Positions 1 to 13,104 of a DNA stretch of 64,000 nt are shown here, piece after piece. The DNA is from Psammoneis japonica (taxonomy: Eukaryota), in assembly GCA_008632985.1 (NCBI GenBank), contig QPGO01000145.1, positions 124,001 through 188,000 of the forward strand, read 5' to 3'. The notes under the pieces are model-generated. The model was given only the letters and a program-made list of their open reading frames with translations. It was not told the origin of the DNA and did no database searches. Within the stretch, counting starts at the first letter, position 1, and each line of letters begins with the position of its first letter. Position numbers and translations under genes: made by a program.

Positions 1-290
1 ATGACGGAAAGCAGGACGAGATTAGCCTTGATGAGAATCTAAAAGCCGAGGCTGTGTTTGACAGCGCTTAAACATGTCAATTATGTGCAATCTTTATGGA
101 TGGAAGATGCAAAGTGTCTCTTACAAATTATAATTCAAACCATTAGGCATCCCCCGAAGCAACCGCTGTGGGCTTGGATCCACGCCTGATTGCGACTTGA
201 ACCGAACAGTGACCGACACTGGATGACGCTCCCCAAAGAAGAGTTGGATCTCACTCTACTAGATTTTCTTGATCAATCAAATCATGTCTG
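1..290. pseudogene. Decayed paralogous copy of the 13.4-14.3 kb segment (3' end of the 2OG-oxygenase-like gene plus an internal piece of the MDR gene)
   Basis: 1-150 aligns to ~13430-13585 (GACGGAAAGCAGGACGAGAT...GATGAGAATCTAAAAGCCGAGGCTGTGTTTG). 151-290 aligns to ~14135-14270 (CCCCGAAGC..CCGC..TGGGCTTG.ATCCACGC.TGATTGCGACTTG). The ~550 bp between those two segments is missing here. Confidence 0.85.
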
Positions 291-299
291 ATATCACCC

Positions 300-2400
300 G
301 CAACCACTGATGCTGGGCTTGTGTCAAGCCTTCGCAGTGCCACCAGGACGGGGGCGGGACGCCTTTTGGAACCTTTACAACCATTTCTCCTTGGGCCCAA
401 CAACCCAGGTGACATAGCCACAGTGGTTAAGACACGTTCGACTTTACTCTCTCATCATGACAAAGTGCAAGTTGAGGCAAAACAACATGTTGTCAATGAA
501 GCGTCTCTCAAGGAGCATGACTGTGGATCTGGAGACAGGCTTCATCAGGACTCAGACAATGGCCTTGGCCTTGCTGCACAATGACTTCTTGGCCTGCATC
601 ATCTTGTTCTCAAGGATTTCATTGAGCAATCCAAGCCACAGGGCAGCACTGCACAAGTGCAAAAGATTGCCATGGCAAACAAGCAAGCATGTGCAAGATT
701 GTTCACATGCTGATCAGGTCAAGAACAAATGCTGCTTTCCACCAAAAGAGCACAACAGGATCTGACAGAAATGGTCATGCAAGAACCCATGCCCATGTGT
801 GAAGGATGCAAGAACACCTCTGCAACAACAAGTTGGTGCAATGACTTCAGCACAGTGTTTTCCTGGGTCAAATTGAGAGACAATGGGACACTTGTGTGCC
901 CAGGTCTTTGGCATGACAAGTGGGTGGGCCAAAGCTCTCTCTGACTTGAAAGAGGCTTGCGCCCAGCAGAAGTGGCTGAGTGCACTGACACACCCCACTG
1001 TCAATGATCAGTCTGCTTTTCATCAATGGTGGATGGTGGGTTCCCTGCAAAGCTGCTGCATGCAGTGAAACACTTGTGGTCACAAGCACACACACACACA
1101 CAGCAAAAGTGCAGGACATGGGTCCTGAAGTCACACAAAGAGTTTGTCAAGAGATCAATGAGGCCAACTGCAATTGCTTGTTGCCAGGTGTCATTGACAA
1201 GGAGATTCAAGCTGTCAGAAAGGGCACTCAAAATGGCCAATGATGACACCAACTTGGCAGAACAAATCAATTGCCACCACCTGACACTTGATGGCTCCTC
1301 CAGTGCCAACATGTGCAAGGGTTGCATCAAGAGACAGCACACAGGTTGCACCCATGACAAGCAACAGCACTCAATGAACTGGAAGCCAAGATGGTTGACA
1401 TTGAAAATGCTTGCACCATGGCCCGGAGCAGCAACAGAATCTTTGCAACAAAACCCCAGCTCCAGAATTTGGCTCAGATGATGGGAAGAAAAGGCCATTT
1501 TTGCGTGCACCCTCTGTGGCTGGAAAAGTGCAAGTGAGTCTTTCAGAAACCATCTGGCTTCCGGCACACATCACTTGGGGTGGAAATGTGTCCAGCTGGC
1601 CATCACATGCAGCCAAAGAGGAGAAAATGTGACTCCACAAATGGGCTCAAGCACTGCACAATTTCTTTGCTGTGCATTGATGATGACATGTCACACCAAC
1701 AGTGCACCACAATGCCACGAAGACATCAAAAGAGCTGGGTTGCTGTTTCAAGAATCTGAAGCCCAGCTTCATCATGTGCGACAGAGACATGGAGCAAGAT
1801 GGTCCAGTGGGGGGTGCCAGCTCCACACAACATCAGTGACAGCAAGCAAATCATGTCATTTTTCCTTTGCCAAGTGGCTTTGTGAGGGGGGTTGTTGGGG
1901 CTCCTTCTTTGTTGTGGCTGAGTGCAGCTGCCAGGAGGCAAACTGACCAAAGTCTGTCCATTGCCCCCCAAGCAGGCTTGGGGAGGCCAAAGAGTTTGCC
2001 ACGCAGCTGATCAACAAAGTGTGCTGGGAACTTTGCCAGTGAAAAACTGAGTTGAATCCTGGTGACCACTGAGTGGAGTCCTCATCACAGGAATGTGTGG
2101 ACTTTCTGCGGGCAAGATTTCACAGCTTTCAACAAATTGCTCGATGGTTTTTTCTGCACAAAGTGCCGCAAAAATTCAACAAAGGCCAATTTTTGAGCCC
2201 TCACCCTGTTGAAATGCACACAAGTTTGTGGCAGCAAAAAAGAGCTGTTGGAAAAAAAAAAACAAGGCTCGGCTCGGTCGGTTTTTTGCTGGCAGCAAAA
2301 ATTGTGAGCTCAGAGGCATGGCTGCCGATGACAACTCACTGATTGTCTCATCTTTTCATGCACAGCAGCACAGCGTTGGGATGTCTCTGGTTCTGTTCTG
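300..2400. repeat. Unclassified TpA-depleted repeat/TE relic
   Basis: Almost no TA dinucleotides and many Tyr-free overlapping ORFs, the same composition as the identified TEs. No domain recognised. Confidence 0.4.
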
Positions 2401-4560
2401 CTCTGATGGATGGCAAACACAGGCAATTTCTGCAGTGTGAAAGTGTTGCCGGACCGCTGCGCTCACCGCCCAACACAAAGTCTGTCGTGCATTGTGTGTT
2501 CACTGGATTCCAAAATGGCGCACTCTTGCTGCCAGCTTGCTGTCAGCTGTCGGCGCTTTGTCTGCCCTGAGCCCCGCCTTTCCTGCCTTGTCCTTGCCCA
2601 CGCATTCAAACCCATTGACAACGAGCTGTGTCGTTGACTTCCCCCCGCTCCAAATCTGCTGCCTCATCACATGTCAATGATGAGGGAATCAAACTTAACA
2701 CCCAAGACCAAAATCCTCACATCCACATCCAGCACTTCTCCCATTGACCGCCTCCCACCCACCAATGCTCAGGCTCTCTCCAAAGCCCTTTCCTTTCTCA
2801 ATCCCACCAATGACCCACGCGTCAAACCTGAACTTGCTTCTGGTGTCTGCTTCCTCAGCCAACCCATTGGCTCTTCACCTTTGCCATCAATTTCCTTCAT
2901 GACAAAGCCACTTCCTTTGCCACAGACCTTGACGCCTCACTGACCGCCTCGCCGACAAGCAAACACAAAGTGCTCTTTTCTCCGCAAATGCTCCATCCCC
3001 TCCACCACCCATCTCCTTGCAGCTGATGCATGCCACAACCTTGTGCACTCCAACAATTTTTCAACCCCCCTCCCAATGGGCGTCTCCTTTTGTTGACAAG
3101 ATCACAGGCCACTCCTTGTGCTTCCTTGCTTGCCTCACTCAACATGCTGCCCCTTTCCCTTCTGCATCAAAACTCATTGCCAACCTGCCCATTTCATTGG
3201 GTGGTGTGGATGCCAAGACATCTTTGCTGTCAACATCCCAGCTCTCATCACCTCCCTCACAAGATCAATGCATTGCACCAAACACGGCATCCCACTCACC
3301 AGTGGCGATGTCTTTCATCTTCCTTCAAGCCATTCTGCTGCTCTCGGCTCATGGTCCAATCCACGCTCCACCCTCTCCCCTCTTCCTTTGCCCCATCTTC
3401 TGCCATTGCACCCCCCCCCCCCCCCTCCTCTGGTTTGACTCTTCTTTGTTCACCTCCCGACCACACTGTTGAACACCACAACCTGCAAGGTCCAGCACAA
3501 CGCCTTCACCTGTGTCGCCACCAAACCAACGCTCTTCCTCAGACATTGCGATCCTTCCACACAACCAGCCCTGCCGTCCCTTCTATCTCTGCTGACAAGC
3601 CTGTGTCTTCACTCTCTCTCCCGAACTCCCGCTGCCAACCGACTCACATCACACCTGTTCACGCTTCTTCTTCTTTGCAAACTGCGCCTTCGGACAATTT
3701 CTCCTGCCTTCCTCCAACTTGACTGCCCATGTGGCCACACCCACCCAGACCCTTTTGGAGACCATGCCTTTGCATGCTCCAAAATGCACAAAAGCCCTCT
3801 GTCAAACCACATCCACGACACCATTCACACTGTCATCGAAACACCAGCCCCCCTCTTTGCGGCCTGTGCCTCTTCCGCCAACAAGTCTGCCTTGACCCAG
3901 CCAGTCTCTCAGCTGACCACCCCCTCAAATGCCCTGCCAATGTTGGCACTGAACTCACTCCTGGCTCCACACCACCCGACACTCCATCCACCCACCATTT
4001 CGTGGCCATCAACGTTGCCGCACCACCAGTGCCCCTGCCTCCTGCACCTGGTTTGCCTGCCCCTGAAAAACCATCAACAAGGCTCACCTCAGCAGCACAT
4101 GGGACAAGCCACTCGGTCACTCCACACCATCTGCCCCCACCTCCGATGTCATCAATGCTGTCAACCAAGCTGGGCTCTTCCTCCTCCCTTTTGCATTCAA
4201 CCACCTTGGTGGAATCGAGTGTCGTCATTTTCACATCTTCTTCTTCCGCACCCCTCTGCCTCAACATCCACCTCCATCCCACCCCTTCCTCCCAAACCAC
4301 CCTGGACAAGCCCACCCACCCTCTCCAACTCTCAAGCATCCTTCTCTGCCTTCACCAACTCACTGGCTGCTTGCCCCTTCCGACCTCCTCGTCCACTCCA
4401 ACGCGGCCTGGAAATGACTTTCTCCTGACCGCTTCGGCTCCTCTTGTTACACCGCAACACCTCCTCAACTTTGGGCCTCTCACATTCTTGGCCTTAACTT
4501 TGGCTTTGCTCTCTCCCACCATCTCTCCACATGTCAAGATCAACTCCTCCACAATCCCAC
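2400..4560 (+). mobile_element. Degenerate CRE-like (restriction-like endonuclease) non-LTR retrotransposon, 3' part
   Basis: RT remnants: CPLSPAFSCLVLA-like across a frameshift (~2560-2600), HVND at 2670-2681 (=YVDD after TA->CA and CG->CA), GVCFLSQPIGS, LPISLGG. C-terminal CPCG...DPFGDHAFAC...NHIHD zinc motif followed by CPANV...AINV (RPAD/IDV-type endonuclease motifs). Confidence 0.7.
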
Positions 4561-4829
4561 TCTTAGGGCCCTTCCGTCACCCTTGCGAATCCTGCGAAAC
4601 CTGCGAACTTCGAGGCCGGACATTTTGATAAAAACGTCAAGGGACATTTGGTGACTTTTCTCGCATTTCCCTCGCAGAACTTCGCCCATGATTGTTGCAA
4701 ACTTGCCAGTCGATCTCCGTAGAACCTGCGTGCGAATTTGTGGCATGTTCAATCCGACTGCATGCCTCCTGAGAGGTGCATCACGAGACGCGCTCTAGAA
4801 AACAATCAACACAAAAAATCGATCGCACC

Positions 4830-6683
4830 ATGTCGTCTTCAAGCGACGGCACTGACAACTCAAATGGCACCAACCAAGTGCCACCAATGCAAGACAGCAA
4901 CAATGGTGGCATGCCTCATGACAAGGACATGGGGCTTGTGCCAACCCCTCACCTCTTTGATCAAAAGCTGTTCATGTCCTTGCATGTTTGTGGCGGCGAA
5001 GAACTGTCTGCAGAAGAAAAGACGCTTGCGGATGCGAGCATCATGTCAATGAAAGTGGCCGGTCTCAGATCTCTTTGCCACAAGTACAAGCATGTTCGTG
5101 ATGACAATCCCACACCAAAAAACGTTTCCACCACAGGCAATTCTGGCCACTTGAAGAAGCGTCTGATGATGTGGTTCTGCATCTTCCGGCAGGAAGAAGC
5201 ACGCATCGACAAGCGCCCCTTCAGCGCTTCCAAGAACTGGAGCCAGGCAGAAGATTCTCGCATCATTGAGATTTTAAGTGACCCAACCTTCCAGAAACCC
5301 CTCCAGCACCTTCACCAAAAGGCTCCACGTGTTGTGCTTGACGAAGGCGACCCGCTCCTCATGTCTGTGTGCCGACAATTCATTGCTGTTTTGTGCGACA
5401 ATTTTGACAAGTACAAACCAACCCATCGGTTTCCAGATGACCCACATCTCAAAGCCTTCAATCCCAATGACAAGACCATTTCTTCCCGTGCTCCACATGT
5501 CTTGAAGTTGAGGGTTGGACAGCTTCGCAGCAGGTTGACAGCAGTGCACAAGGTCGGCACGAAGAGCGGCTCAGATCCGGAAGGTTTTGAGAATGCTCTT
5601 GATCTGACTGACCCACTGGACCAATCCATTCTCTGTTGGTGGAAGGTGGTTGACCAAAATGGTGATTCATCTGTTCTCAACAAGTTTGTGCGCCTCCTCC
5701 CAGGTGGCTGTGGTGTTGACTCGTCGGATCCCAGCACCATTCAACGCAGCCTGGACGCCGCCAACTCCATCTTGCGCAGCAGGGGTGACAGCTCCTCCAG
5801 CAAGTCACAGAGCATGTCTGAAAGAATCTTGAATGTAGCCAGTGAGATGAAAAGCGACATGATGAATGAGGAAAACAAGGAGAACATGTTTTTCTTGAAG
5901 CAGAACAGAGACCGTGCACAGAACAAGTCGGAGCGACTGGCCGACGAGATTCGGGCCATGAGGTGTGGAAAGGCTGGTGACTTGAGCAAGCATGAGAGAA
6001 AGATCAAGCAGCACAAAAGAGCCCGGAGCGAGTACGAAGAGCTTGAGAAAGAGGTGGTGAAAGCGCGAAAAGTTGAGTTGGACAGCGACATTGAGCACGA
6101 CGATGCTTCTTTTCTTCTGTCTGTGCCATCCAGCAGCGGCGACGATGAGGTGAGTGCCTTGTGTGTTCTTTGTGCTGTTTGTGATGTCAATGATTTGCGC
6201 CAACTCAACCTTTGCTGTGAACACAAGAGCCGCCAAAACTGCGTCAGGAACAAATCCAGGGAAGTCTCTGCTGGGAACTGCTCCGATGGCCACGACTGAG
6301 GGAATGAGTCTACAGAGCTGGAAGAAGATGTCCAGTCTGACAGCAAGAGCAATTCACGCAATGAACCAGTGCACTGCGGCTGCACAGAATGCAACAAGCG
6401 GAATGAGCCAGTTGGAACGAAAGACGAGGCGGAACACCACGATTTCAACTGCTCGGATTTGGGTTCCTGGTCTTCAAACATGTGCTCCAACTTTGAACAT
6501 TGTGGGCATCACTTGCATCATGTTGGTTGCAAAGCTTGCCTTGACGAAGATGACCCTGCTTCCCTGACTTGTGGGCACCCTGATTGCACTGGCGGGTCGG
6601 AAGTTCATGCATTTGCATCGTGTGCCAATGTGAACAACAACGCTGCGGATGGTGATTTTCTGTCTTCAGACAGCAGTGAGTAG
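4830..6683 (+). pseudogene. Harbinger accessory (Myb/SANT-like DNA-binding) protein with Cys-rich C-terminus, probably disrupted
   Basis: Long ORF 4776-6299 with WSQAEDSRIIEIL (Myb-like W...ED motif) and a coiled-coil region. A Cys/His-rich ORF 6369-6683 follows. It lies convergent to the transposase inside the TIRs. Confidence 0.6.
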
Positions 6684-6699
6684 AATGCAATGCATTCAA

Positions 6700-8225
6700 C
6701 ATTGTTTGCAGAATCACAGCTTTCTTGTGGTGCAACTTTTACTTCTGTGACCCTCTGGCCAGCAGATCCGAATCGGCATTTAGACATCGCAACGATCCCG
6801 CAGGTGCGCGCCAAAATCTCAGTGCATCTTGCTCAAGTGGGCGTTGCTTTAGAAGAAATGGGAATTGTGGCACAGTCAATGGCAACAACATCATCCATAG
6901 ATTGAGAGCTTTCTGATGATGTCAGTTTTATTTCCACACCCTGAGCAGATCCGAATCGGCACTCAGATGTCCTGCCGACCCCGGCTGCGCGCCAAAGTCC
7001 CAGTGCATTTTGCTCAAGCAGGTGTTGCTTTGTAAGAAATTGGAATTGTGGCACAATCAAAGGCAAAAACATCATCTGCAGATCAAGAGCTTTCTGATGA
7101 TGTTAGATCTGCTTCCATGCCCTGAGCAGATCCGAGTCTGCATTCAGACATCCTGCCGACCGGCACTTGTGCACCCGAGTCACATTGCGTTTTGCTTGAG
7201 CAGGTGTTGCTTTAGAAGAAATTGGAATTATGACACAATCTGTGACAATGACATCATCTAAAGAGCAAGAGCTTTCTAATGATGATGCTTTTATTTGGAT
7301 GCCTCTAGCAGAACCGAATCGGCAAAAATCCCAGTGCGTTTTGCTCAAGTGGGCGTTGCTTTGTGAGAAATTGGAGTTGTGGCACAATCAATGGCGACAA
7401 CATCATCCATAGATTGAGAGCTTTCTAATGATGTTAATTTTATTTCCATGCCCTGAGCAGATCCGAATCGGCATTCAGATGTCCTGCCGACCCCGGTTGC
7501 GCGCCAAAATCCCGTCAAAACGCCTCTCGCGCAATGCGTTTGCTTGACCAGCCGTTGCTTTAGAAGAACTCGGAATTGTGGGACAATCAATGGCAACTGC
7601 ATTATCTACAGAACAAGAACGAGAGCTTTCCAATGGTGCCACTTTCATTTCCATACCCCAAGCGGATCCGAATGATCAACAATCGGCAACCCGTAGAGTT
7701 GCGCGCCAAAATCCTGCTGCACTTGCTCAACTGGCAGTTACTTTAGAAGAACTCGGATTTATGGGACAATCAACGGTAACCACATTGTCTGTGGAACAAG
7801 AACAAGAGCTTTCCAACAGTGCCACTTTCATTTCCATGCCCCAAGCAGATCCGAATCATCAACAATCGGCATTCTGACAGCCAAACAACCCCTGTTTTTG
7901 GCGCCAAAATCCAATTGCGTTTTGCTTGACTAGCTGTTGCTTTAGAAGCACTTGAGCTTGGGCAATGAAAAATGGCAATAAAATCATCTACAGGACGAGA
8001 GCTTTCCAATGGCATTGCTTTCATTTCCACACCACAAGCAAATCCGAATCTGTGTTCAATTGTCCAAGTGACCCGCAGTTGCGCGCCAAAACCCTGCTCT
8101 ACGTGCTCAACTAGCCGTTGCTTTAGAAGAACTGGGAATTGTGGGACAATCAATGGCAATTGCATCATCTGCAGAACAAGAGCCATCCAATGGTTCTGCT
8201 GTTATTTCCATGCACACATCAGATC
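6700..8225. repeat. Tandem array of about 8 diverged ~150-200 bp units inside the Harbinger
   Basis: GTTGCTTTAGAAGAA-like core recurs at ~6843, 7024, 7206, 7354, 7554, 7737, 7935 and 8117, with GCAGATCCGAATC and GAGCTTTC motifs in each unit. Confidence 0.9.
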
Positions 8226-8231
8226 GGTTCT

Positions 8232-9635
8232 CTAGTTGTGATTCGATGCCATCGATGCCGACGCCGCATTTCTGCCGCCAATGCGAGGTGGGCAAACAAT
8301 GTTGGCAGTTCTCAATGAATCTGTGATCTGTTCCTGAATTGGACACTGCCCATGATGCACCCATGGGATGGCCCTGTCTTCAAGCCAGCATTGGTCCATG
8401 GGACACAGGTTGTGGTCGCACCCCATCGGCTCGTCTGAGGAAAGGAATGGCTCACCCTGTCGATGCTGACCCGGTCCGGTGTTGACTGAAGGAACGCACA
8501 ATTCATCACCATCAACACCAAGGTCTTTCAGGAAATTGTGCAGACGAAAAATAGATTGAATTGCCACCGGACACCTGCGCAATGGAAAAAGCAAAGGATG
8601 CCAAAAAATCCCAAACTTCTGGCAGACATTGCCCCACATTCGCTCAACGCAATTGTGGCGGCCTTTGTTCAGACAACAGTTGAAGGCATCCTTGTGTGGC
8701 TCACGCTCTGCAAGCCCAGTGCCTGGCCATGGACCAACCCGATTTGCACCACAGCCATGAGCCTCATCCAAAGAGATGCAGTGATGCCTCTTGGTGCCTT
8801 GATGCTTGACTCGTGTTTCATTCTCCCATCTTGTGGCCATGGTGCACAATTCCCAAGCTGTCCTGTCATGAGCATTTCCTGTGGCATGGACGTCCAACAC
8901 TCGACACTTTAAGACAGCATCTGCAATCGCTTGAACACTGATGGCTGGAAAACCCTTCCGATTGACGTGTGCCATTGGATTCTTGCATTCGTCGCTGCCT
9001 GGCATGCGAATTCTCACAGCACATCCGTCTCCTGCTCCCACATGACCAATGTGCAATTCCGGAAGGTTGTTCTTGTTTTGTAAAAATTGATTTGCCAAGT
9101 GTCGCAGCTCTGGCTCTGTTGTGGGAAAATGCACAGTGCCAACACCGGCTTCAACAATGGCTTTGAAAAAATCAAACAACGTGTCCTCCACACTCATGTG
9201 ACCCAAGCCAAAAGCAAAAATGAGGCCACCCAAAGAACAACCTCCAGACCCCATGCAGCCGAGATGCACCTTTTCATTGACCGCAAGTGGCCTCCGGTCG
9301 CAATCCTGTCAGCCGGCTGTGTTGGCATCCGACAACTTCGGCTTCAAACACGGGTGCAATTTGTTTCGGAGGCACTCCATGGCGTGTGGAGGCATTCTGA
9401 AAACAGTTGCAAATTCTCCGGTGAGCAAGGAGGCACAGCGTGAATCGAGCAAGTCCCGAAGCATGCATCTCGCATGAGAACGCTCGTGTGATGATTCTCG
9501 TCGTTCAATGGCGTCAGCGTGCAGACACAATGTGGCAACGAGTTCTGCCAACAGAGCCATCCTCTTTTTCTTTTTCCTTGGTCTCATTGCCACCAATGCA
9601 TTGAGATCTGGTGCATCTTGATCAAACGAAGACAT
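8232..9635 (-). pseudogene. Harbinger/HARBI1-type DDE transposase, frameshifted and hypermutated
   Basis: ORFs 9309-9635 (FATVFRMPPHAMECL) and 8232-9269 (VGAGDGCAVRIRMP, NRKGFPAISVQAIAD, TGNAHD, SLDEAH, HNCVERMWG, LHNFL). No Tyr in 345 aa. Confidence 0.85.
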
Positions 9636-11009
9636 TGCGAGTTCGCATGAGCGTGATCGATTTGCTTTTTCTGCATCAATGGCACTGATGCTGGTGCTTC
9701 ATCCCAGCGCGGTGGAAGCAAACCCCGCGAGATCAGTGACAGCATCAGAGACGTCAACATTCAGAAAGTGACGTCATTTCAGACATTTTTGAAAAATGTC
9801 ATTTCGCAGGTTTTGCAGGGGTTCGCAAGGGCAATGGAACGGGTCTTGCAGCATGGCTGGAATTGATTTTTAGAAATTTGGAGTAGATTTCCACGCAATT
9901 GGCACAACACGTCACCAAGTTGAAGTTCATTTTATTGGCGGGAAAACAAAAAGCACGAGAATTGTCACGTGCCCGGTCGCTCAACGATGATGCTCACAGC
10001 TTCTTGAAAATCCATGGCTTTTTGCACTGCGACCTGTGCCCACCTTACCAACCCACCTGTGAAGCTCCCTGAGGGCCGAAGTGCAAAAAACCCATCATGT
10101 CTGATGTCCGAAAATCATTCGTGTCAAAACACATGCATCGACTGTTCTTGGATTCTCGTGTTCAGAATCAATGGATGCCAGCAGACCTGTTGGCAGAGTG
10201 CTGTAATACAAAATTCAACATCAATGATGAGAGAGTCGAAAATGGGGGGTGGACAATTGAAGAAGCTGTGTGGCAGCATCAACGGGGTTTCGAGTTTGAC
10301 GGAAGAGAACAACACTGTTGCTGACGGGGTGAATTTGTACGAAACGGAATGCCAACATGGCAGTCAAGCCCAACCCCTTTCCCGGCTTTATAAATTACTT
10401 GAAGCAACTCAAGGACGAAAATAAAGGCCTTTCATCCCGGTTCTGTACCGACCTGCAAGACTTTTTAAGGATTGCAAACTCCCGAACCTCCGTTTGGACA
10501 CGAGAATCTCAATCACTTTGTCGGATCCAAGTCTTTGGCAAAAAACATTGACGTTTGTCATGATCTTGCAAAGCCAAGTCGTTCTTTGCCACTGAGCATC
10601 AGTGAGGGCATCGTGGGAGCACTTTTAATGGGTGCAATTTAGGATGAGACGATTTGAGGATTGCAGCTTTCTGTCAATCAATTGACATCATGCTTTTGAA
10701 TCGCCAATGACGATGGCTCGTTGTTGTGCCACTAGAGGCTCATCTGCACTGCCGTCTGCTCGTTTTAAGAATGAATTGGCTGCTTGCGCCTTCTCTGCCA
10801 ATGGATGTGTGTTTGGTTTGAGTGGCAGGTAGAGAGGAACGGGTGCAAGTTTCGTCTCTGAATGCACACCCCAAACAACACTGCCAAACTGATCGAAGGA
10901 GTGCAAGCACTGCCATCATAGCTCTAGAATAGTTTGTTTACATTCAAGAACGAACAGGTCTAGGCCCTGCCTGCCCACGTGGCATCGGTAGAAGAGAGCA
11001 AAGCCAAGG

Positions 11010-11576
11010 GTGGCATCAAGCGACGACGGCACCAGAGGCACCAGCAGCTGGCAACAATTGTTGGACAATTCAAAATGCAACAGTGCTTCATTGCACACTC
11101 TTCCTGTGGAGATACTTGCCTCTTGTGTAGATGTCTCGAAAGGAACTACGCTACTTCAGCATCACGCACATCACATGGGAGCACGCGTGGTCTTGACTCC
11201 AAAATGTCATTCTGAATTGGCATGGGAATGCACAGAATGTCTTTGGGCTTGTGCAAAAGGTGAGCATCGAAACCTTTTCCTGTCACAGAAAATAGGAAAA
11301 GAGAATTTCAAGAAATCGGTTAGGCACTGCTTGTTGGATGAGGTGTTGTCAAGCGCACACGTAAGTTTGCAAAGAGAGCACCACGGCACACTCAGGCTTG
11401 CCATGCAACTGACAATGGATGTGTTGAGGACACAAAGAGGGTCCATGAATTTGGACCCACTCCCAACTGGGAGGTCTGTATTATTTGGACCCGTTGCACT
11501 CGACAAGACGCACCGGTGTGCTGTTGCTTTTGCTTTTAAGTTTGCATCAACAGCGTCGCCGAAGGCGATGTTGTAA
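11010..11576 (+). CDS. Hypothetical protein or gene relic
   Basis: 188-aa ORF; LHTLPVEIL weakly resembles an F-box start. It has no Tyr, so it may be a mutated relic. Confidence 0.25.
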   Translation: MASSDDGTRGTSSWQQLLDNSKCNSASLHTLPVEILASCVDVSKGTTLLQHHAHHMGARVVLTPKCHSELAWECTECLWACAKGEHRNLFLSQKIGKENFKKSVRHCLLDEVLSSAHVSLQREHHGTLRLAMQLTMDVLRTQRGSMNLDPLPTGRSVLFGPVALDKTHRCAVAFAFKFASTASPKAML

Positions 11577-12001
11577 TGCTTCGAAGCGTTGCATGAATTT
11601 TCGAAATCACGTAGCCGCTGTAGAATTTGTACGGGGACAAAGATATAACGGTTGATGTTGCTCACTATCAACATTTGAGAGCTAATTACATTTTACACTA
11701 GACTGCGTAGAATCCTACTCCACATAGCGGCAGCAAAATTCCAGCCATACCATACTGACAACTCCTCATCTCGACCGTCTGTCCGTGCTTTGGGCCCACC
11801 CTTTTTCCGTCCATCCCCAAGCGCGCTTCGCGCACCCCGCCCTTCCACCACACATTTTTCTCCAGAACCCTGACTGTTTTTTCCTCTATGAACACAACAT
11901 CCAACAATGTAGAGTCGTCTCGACTCTCCTCCCTCCTCCTCCTCTCTGCACGTTGCTTCAACGTCGCTCACTCCCTCTACCTGTCACACATTTGTCATAA
12001 A

Positions 12002-12709
12002 ATGGATGCGTTTGTCACTGATTCTGCCCTCTGGCTTCAACCTATTCAAGTTTTGTTGGGCGGGTGGCGGAAGGAAGGTGACCCTGGCAACCCGGAGCTT
12101 TGCAAAACTCGAGACTTGCAGTTTTTTTTCATGGTCCGGGAATTGTTTGCGAATGAACGTGGTGAACCAGATCAAACAATGAGGCAATTTGAGAAACACT
12201 TTCCAATCCCAGTGGGGGCCTGTGAGAAGATGAAGGCCGACAACGTCTTTAGAATGTACGTCTTCACGGCAGTAGTCCATTACCTCGGTCAAGAGATACT
12301 TCGCAACGACCTTCCGCATGCACGTTGTCCGTGCATCGAGAAAACAGCAATTTCCATCCAAACTCATTTCTTTGTTCTACGTGATGGTGCGAAGGAGATC
12401 GAAGGTGCCTTTGTTCTGATGGTTCCCCATTGTGAGATTCCTGAATGTGCGACTCGCGCATACCATGAGTGTGACCGTGCTGGTCGCTTGTTGCGACATG
12501 ATATGAAAAGCGACGGCTTTCATGTGAAAAAGAAGCCAGTTAGCATGTGTGACCAGTGCGGCAAAGGAGACAAATGCAGCAGACTCATGAAATGCAGTCG
12601 TTGCAAGATTGCCTTCTACTGCTCCAAAGAGTGCCAAAGTCTCAATTGGAAAATCCATAAGCACCATTGCTTTGCCCCACCTCTGTACAATGCTTCATTC
12701 GATGCCTGA
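12002..12709 (+). CDS. MYND zinc-finger protein
   Basis: C-terminal CDQC...KCSRCKIAFYCSKECQSLNWKIHKHHC is a canonical MYND finger. ATG at 12002; normal TA/Tyr content. Confidence 0.85.
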   Translation: MDAFVTDSALWLQPIQVLLGGWRKEGDPGNPELCKTRDLQFFFMVRELFANERGEPDQTMRQFEKHFPIPVGACEKMKADNVFRMYVFTAVVHYLGQEILRNDLPHARCPCIEKTAISIQTHFFVLRDGAKEIEGAFVLMVPHCEIPECATRAYHECDRAGRLLRHDMKSDGFHVKKKPVSMCDQCGKGDKCSRLMKCSRCKIAFYCSKECQSLNWKIHKHHCFAPPLYNASFDA

Positions 12710-13104
12710 GAGACATCTGACTTTGCGGGTTGGTGACATGTATGGACCAACTCAACTAGTGTAGTCGTATCACCTGACAGTAAGATATAGCATCTCATAT
12801 CTTGCAAAAACACAGGATTGATAAGTCATTCGCTTTGCCAACATGGATGGGATGGAATGAGCTGTCCACGCACCGGTACGCCGCAACTTGACCTCTTTTT
12901 CATACCGGTAGGGCTACACCGTATTGTCGTACCAATGATAATAACCGCGGCATATTTCAACCGCAATCGCTACTACACAAAATAGAGTGGTGCGGCTGCT
13001 TATATCTCTCTCACTCTTTTGGATTCTAGCTGCGATTTCCCCAACAAGGATATTTCACAGCGCATAACAGTGTTGGGGGAGTAGGAGAACTTTGCAAAAT
13101 AATC

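Larger units (their letters stand above)
4566..9845. mobile_element. PIF/Harbinger DNA transposon with two convergent genes
   Basis: Imperfect TIRs: GGGCCCTTCCGTCACCCTTGCGAATCCTGCGAAACCTGCGAA versus reverse complement of the right end GACCCGTTCCATTGCCCTTGCGAACCCCTGCAAAACCTGCGAA. Flanks TTA (4563-4565) and TTG (9846-9848) fit a 3-bp TSD with one TA->TG change. Carries a DDE transposase and a Myb/SANT-like gene. Confidence 0.85.

Noticed and set aside
6700..8225. CRISPR-like array
   Set aside because: The units are homologous along their whole length with no unique spacers, there are no cas genes, and the context is eukaryotic.
9960..11000. Short ORFs right of the Harbinger
   Set aside because: No recognisable domain and intermediate TA content, so I cannot support a gene call.
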